Origin: Hydrurus foetidus
Lineage: Eukaryota
Assembly: GCA_900617105.1 (NCBI GenBank)
Contig: UYFQ01000032.1
Coordinates: 558,001-622,000 of the forward strand
DNA length: 64,000 nucleotides
Reading direction: 5' to 3'
The notes beneath the pieces were generated by a model, which had not been told where the DNA came from, did no database searches, and saw nothing but the letters and a program-made list of their open reading frames with translations. Positions 61,999 through 64,000 of the stretch are shown here, piece after piece (the first letter of the stretch is position 1; the number at the start of each line of letters is the position of its first letter). The position numbers were made by a program, and so were the translations under genes.

Positions 61999-63483
61999 AT
62001 GCACATACACATCCTAGGCATTTGCGGCACCTTCATGGGTGGCCTCGCCGCATTGGCACGCGAGGCGGGCCACCAAGTCACCGGCTGCGACACCGGCGTT
62101 TACCCCCCCATGAGCGACCAGTTGCGCGCCCTGGGCATTGACTTGATCGAAGGCTTTGGCGCAGACCAGCTCGCCCTCAAGCCGGACATGTTCGTCATCG
62201 GCAACGTAGTTTCTCGCGTCCACCAGAGCGACGGCACCCCCAAATTCCCGCTGATGGAAGCCATCCTCAGCGCCGGTCTGCCCTACACCAGCGGCCCGCA
62301 GTGGCTCGCCGAACACGTCCTCGCAGACCGCCATGTGCTCGCTGTGGCAGGTACACACGGCAAAACCACCACCACGGCCATGTTGAGCTGGATACTGGAA
62401 GACACGGGCCACAACCCCGGTTTTTTGGTGGGCGGCGTGCCCCTGAACTTCGGCGTTTCCGCCCGCTTAGGCGGTGCAGTCAGCGACAACAACCCCGGCC
62501 AGCGCCCGCTTTTCGTCATTGAGGCCGACGAGTACGACACCGCCTTTTTCGACAAACGCTCCAAATTCGTCCACTACCGCCCCCGCACGGCGGTTTTGAA
62601 CAATTTGGAATTCGACCACGCCGACATCTTCCCCGACCTCGCCGCGATTGAGCGCCAGTTCCACCATCTTGTACGCACCGTGCCCGGCACCCCTTGCGGT
62701 CGCGTGATCGTCAACGGCCTGGAAGAAGCCCTCACCCGCGTGCTGCACCAAGGCTGCTGGAGCGAAGTCCGCAGCTTTGGCAGCACCGTGTGCGATTTCA
62801 CCGCAGTGGGCGACCCCAGTGCGTTCGATGTGCTACAAAAAGGAGAGCTGGTAGCGCATGTGGAATGGACGCTTAGCGGCTTTCACAATCAATTAAACGC
62901 CCTGGCCGCCATCGCCGCCGCCGAGCACGTTGGCGTCCCCCCCGCTGAAGCCGCCCGCGCCCTGGGCCGCTTCCAAAACGTACGCCGCCGCATGGAAGTG
63001 CGCGGCACAGTGTCTCGCACCACAGGCGACACCACCCCCATCACGGTCTACGACGATTTCGCCCACCACCCCACCGCCATCCGCACCACGCTGGACGGCC
63101 TGCGCACACAGCTCAACGCCGAAAGCAAAAAGCATAGCAATCCACACCGCATCCTTGCGGTCTTCGAGCCTCGCAGCAACACCATGAAGCTGGGCGCCAT
63201 GAAATCCCAACTCCCCTGGAGCCTGGAATCCGCCGACTTGGCCTTCTGCCACAGCGCAGGCCTAGACTGGGACGCCACAGAAGCCCTCGCCCCCTTGGGG
63301 AGCCGCGCCGTGGTCAGCAACCAATTAGACGAACTGATCGCCACCATCGTGGCAGCAGCCCTTCCCGGCGACCACATTGTGTGCATGAGCAATGGCGGGT
63401 TTGGGGGGGTGCATGGGAAGCTGCTGGGGGCGCTGAGCAATCCACCGAAGTTAGGCTCATCACGGCAAAACACACCCATGTAA
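61999..63483 (+). CDS. mpl: Murein peptide ligase
   Basis: MHIHILGICGTFMGGLA, AGTHGKTTT, IEADEYDTAFFDKRSKF, DDFAHHPTA, MSNGGFGG. Confidence 0.96.
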   Translation: MHIHILGICGTFMGGLAALAREAGHQVTGCDTGVYPPMSDQLRALGIDLIEGFGADQLALKPDMFVIGNVVSRVHQSDGTPKFPLMEAILSAGLPYTSGPQWLAEHVLADRHVLAVAGTHGKTTTTAMLSWILEDTGHNPGFLVGGVPLNFGVSARLGGAVSDNNPGQRPLFVIEADEYDTAFFDKRSKFVHYRPRTAVLNNLEFDHADIFPDLAAIERQFHHLVRTVPGTPCGRVIVNGLEEALTRVLHQGCWSEVRSFGSTVCDFTAVGDPSAFDVLQKGELVAHVEWTLSGFHNQLNALAAIAAAEHVGVPPAEAARALGRFQNVRRRMEVRGTVSRTTGDTTPITVYDDFAHHPTAIRTTLDGLRTQLNAESKKHSNPHRILAVFEPRSNTMKLGAMKSQLPWSLESADLAFCHSAGLDWDATEALAPLGSRAVVSNQLDELIATIVAAALPGDHIVCMSNGGFGGVHGKLLGALSNPPKLGSSRQNTPM

Positions 63484-63492
63484 CTATCTGAT

Positions 63493-63714
63493 TTAATTAA
63501 GTATTTTTCCTATGTGCTGGTCTTGCGCATAGGAAGCAGCCCAGTTTTTGACCAGCGCCGCTGGCTTGACCATCATCTGCATCTGCCGCCCCTGCCGCTG
63601 CACCTTGAACAACTGGTTAAGCCTGTTCACCGTGGCCACCTTGCTCTTCTCCTGCATTATCAAAACCGCTGTGACGATGCAAGCCGGGTGCGCCCGCTTC
63701 ACCATATGCTTTTG
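63493..63714 (-). pseudogene. Internal fragment resembling part of a DUF2779-type protein
   Basis: QKHMVKRAHP..VTAVLIMQEKSKVATVNRLNQLFKV; family resemblance recalled from memory, not searched. Confidence 0.35.
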
Positions 63715-63845
63715 CGTGCGCTGTCAAAGTCGGGCTGGGTGGACACATCCAGCGCCAAGCGCACATGGTCGATCACCGCAAGCCCGCCCTCAACATAGGC
63801 TGCATTGTCAAAGATCGAGTCACCCAACAAAACCAGATGCGTCAT
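63699..63845 (-). pseudogene. Truncated SGNH/GDSL hydrolase (block I only)
   Basis: MTHLVLLGDSIFDNAAYV, then a stop after 48 codons. Confidence 0.6.
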
Positions 63846-63859
63846 AGCAAATCCCTGCG

Positions 63860-64000
63860 CTAAACCGATGCCGTGCAATCTGCCAACCGAATCCAATGCT
63901 GCCAAGCCTGCAAGATCATCACCATGGCCAGCGTGTCCAGCTCGCAGTACCGCAACAGCGCCTTTTCGGTGGCTCGGCGGTGCGCGTCGGGCATGTCCTC
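63860..64000 (-). CDS. C-terminus of a DUF2779 / RNase H-like domain protein entering from outside the window
   Basis: Hand translation EDMPDAHRRATEKALLRYCELDTLAMVMILQAW..*. Confidence 0.65.
   Translation of the reverse strand, partial: EDMPDAHRRATEKALLRYCELDTLAMVMILQAWQHWIRLADCTASV

Overview
Core-chromosome segment of a GC-rich betaproteobacterium. Gene content and order point to Comamonadaceae (Rhodoferax/Acidovorax-like); this placement is inference. Most of the window is housekeeping: dsbC, a UbiH-like monooxygenase, ychF, dusB-fis-purH, hemL, the Pil-Chp chemosensory cluster (pilG-pilH-pilI-pilJ-chpA), photolyase, yqgE-ruvX-pyrR-pyrB-pyrC', ffh, pilS/pilR-ampD, class Ia nrdAB with tandem NrdR boxes, a histone H1-like gene, accBC-prmA and mpl. 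Four accessory patches interrupt it. (1) A ~4.5-kb islet between purH and hemL is bracketed by a diverged duplicate of the hemL 3' end. It carries an Rpn/PD-(D/E)XK nuclease, a PAS-GGDEF-EAL gene, a truncated tyrosine recombinase beside an attC-like half site, and a frameshifted cassette-like ORF. (2) An AlbA_2/Schlafen-domain gene sits between pyrB and pyrC'. (3) An MFS transporter is paired with an orphan GH8 (BcsZ-like) gene. (4) Scrambled SGNH and DUF2779-like fragments lie at the right edge. The most unusual non-gene signal is a dispersed ~60-bp element with a palindromic core GCTAY-N7-RTAGC. It recurs every few kb, both between genes and written in-frame into conserved coding sequences. 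Several genes also look leaderless. I found no tRNA, rRNA or CRISPR array. All family assignments come from motif recognition by eye, not database searches.
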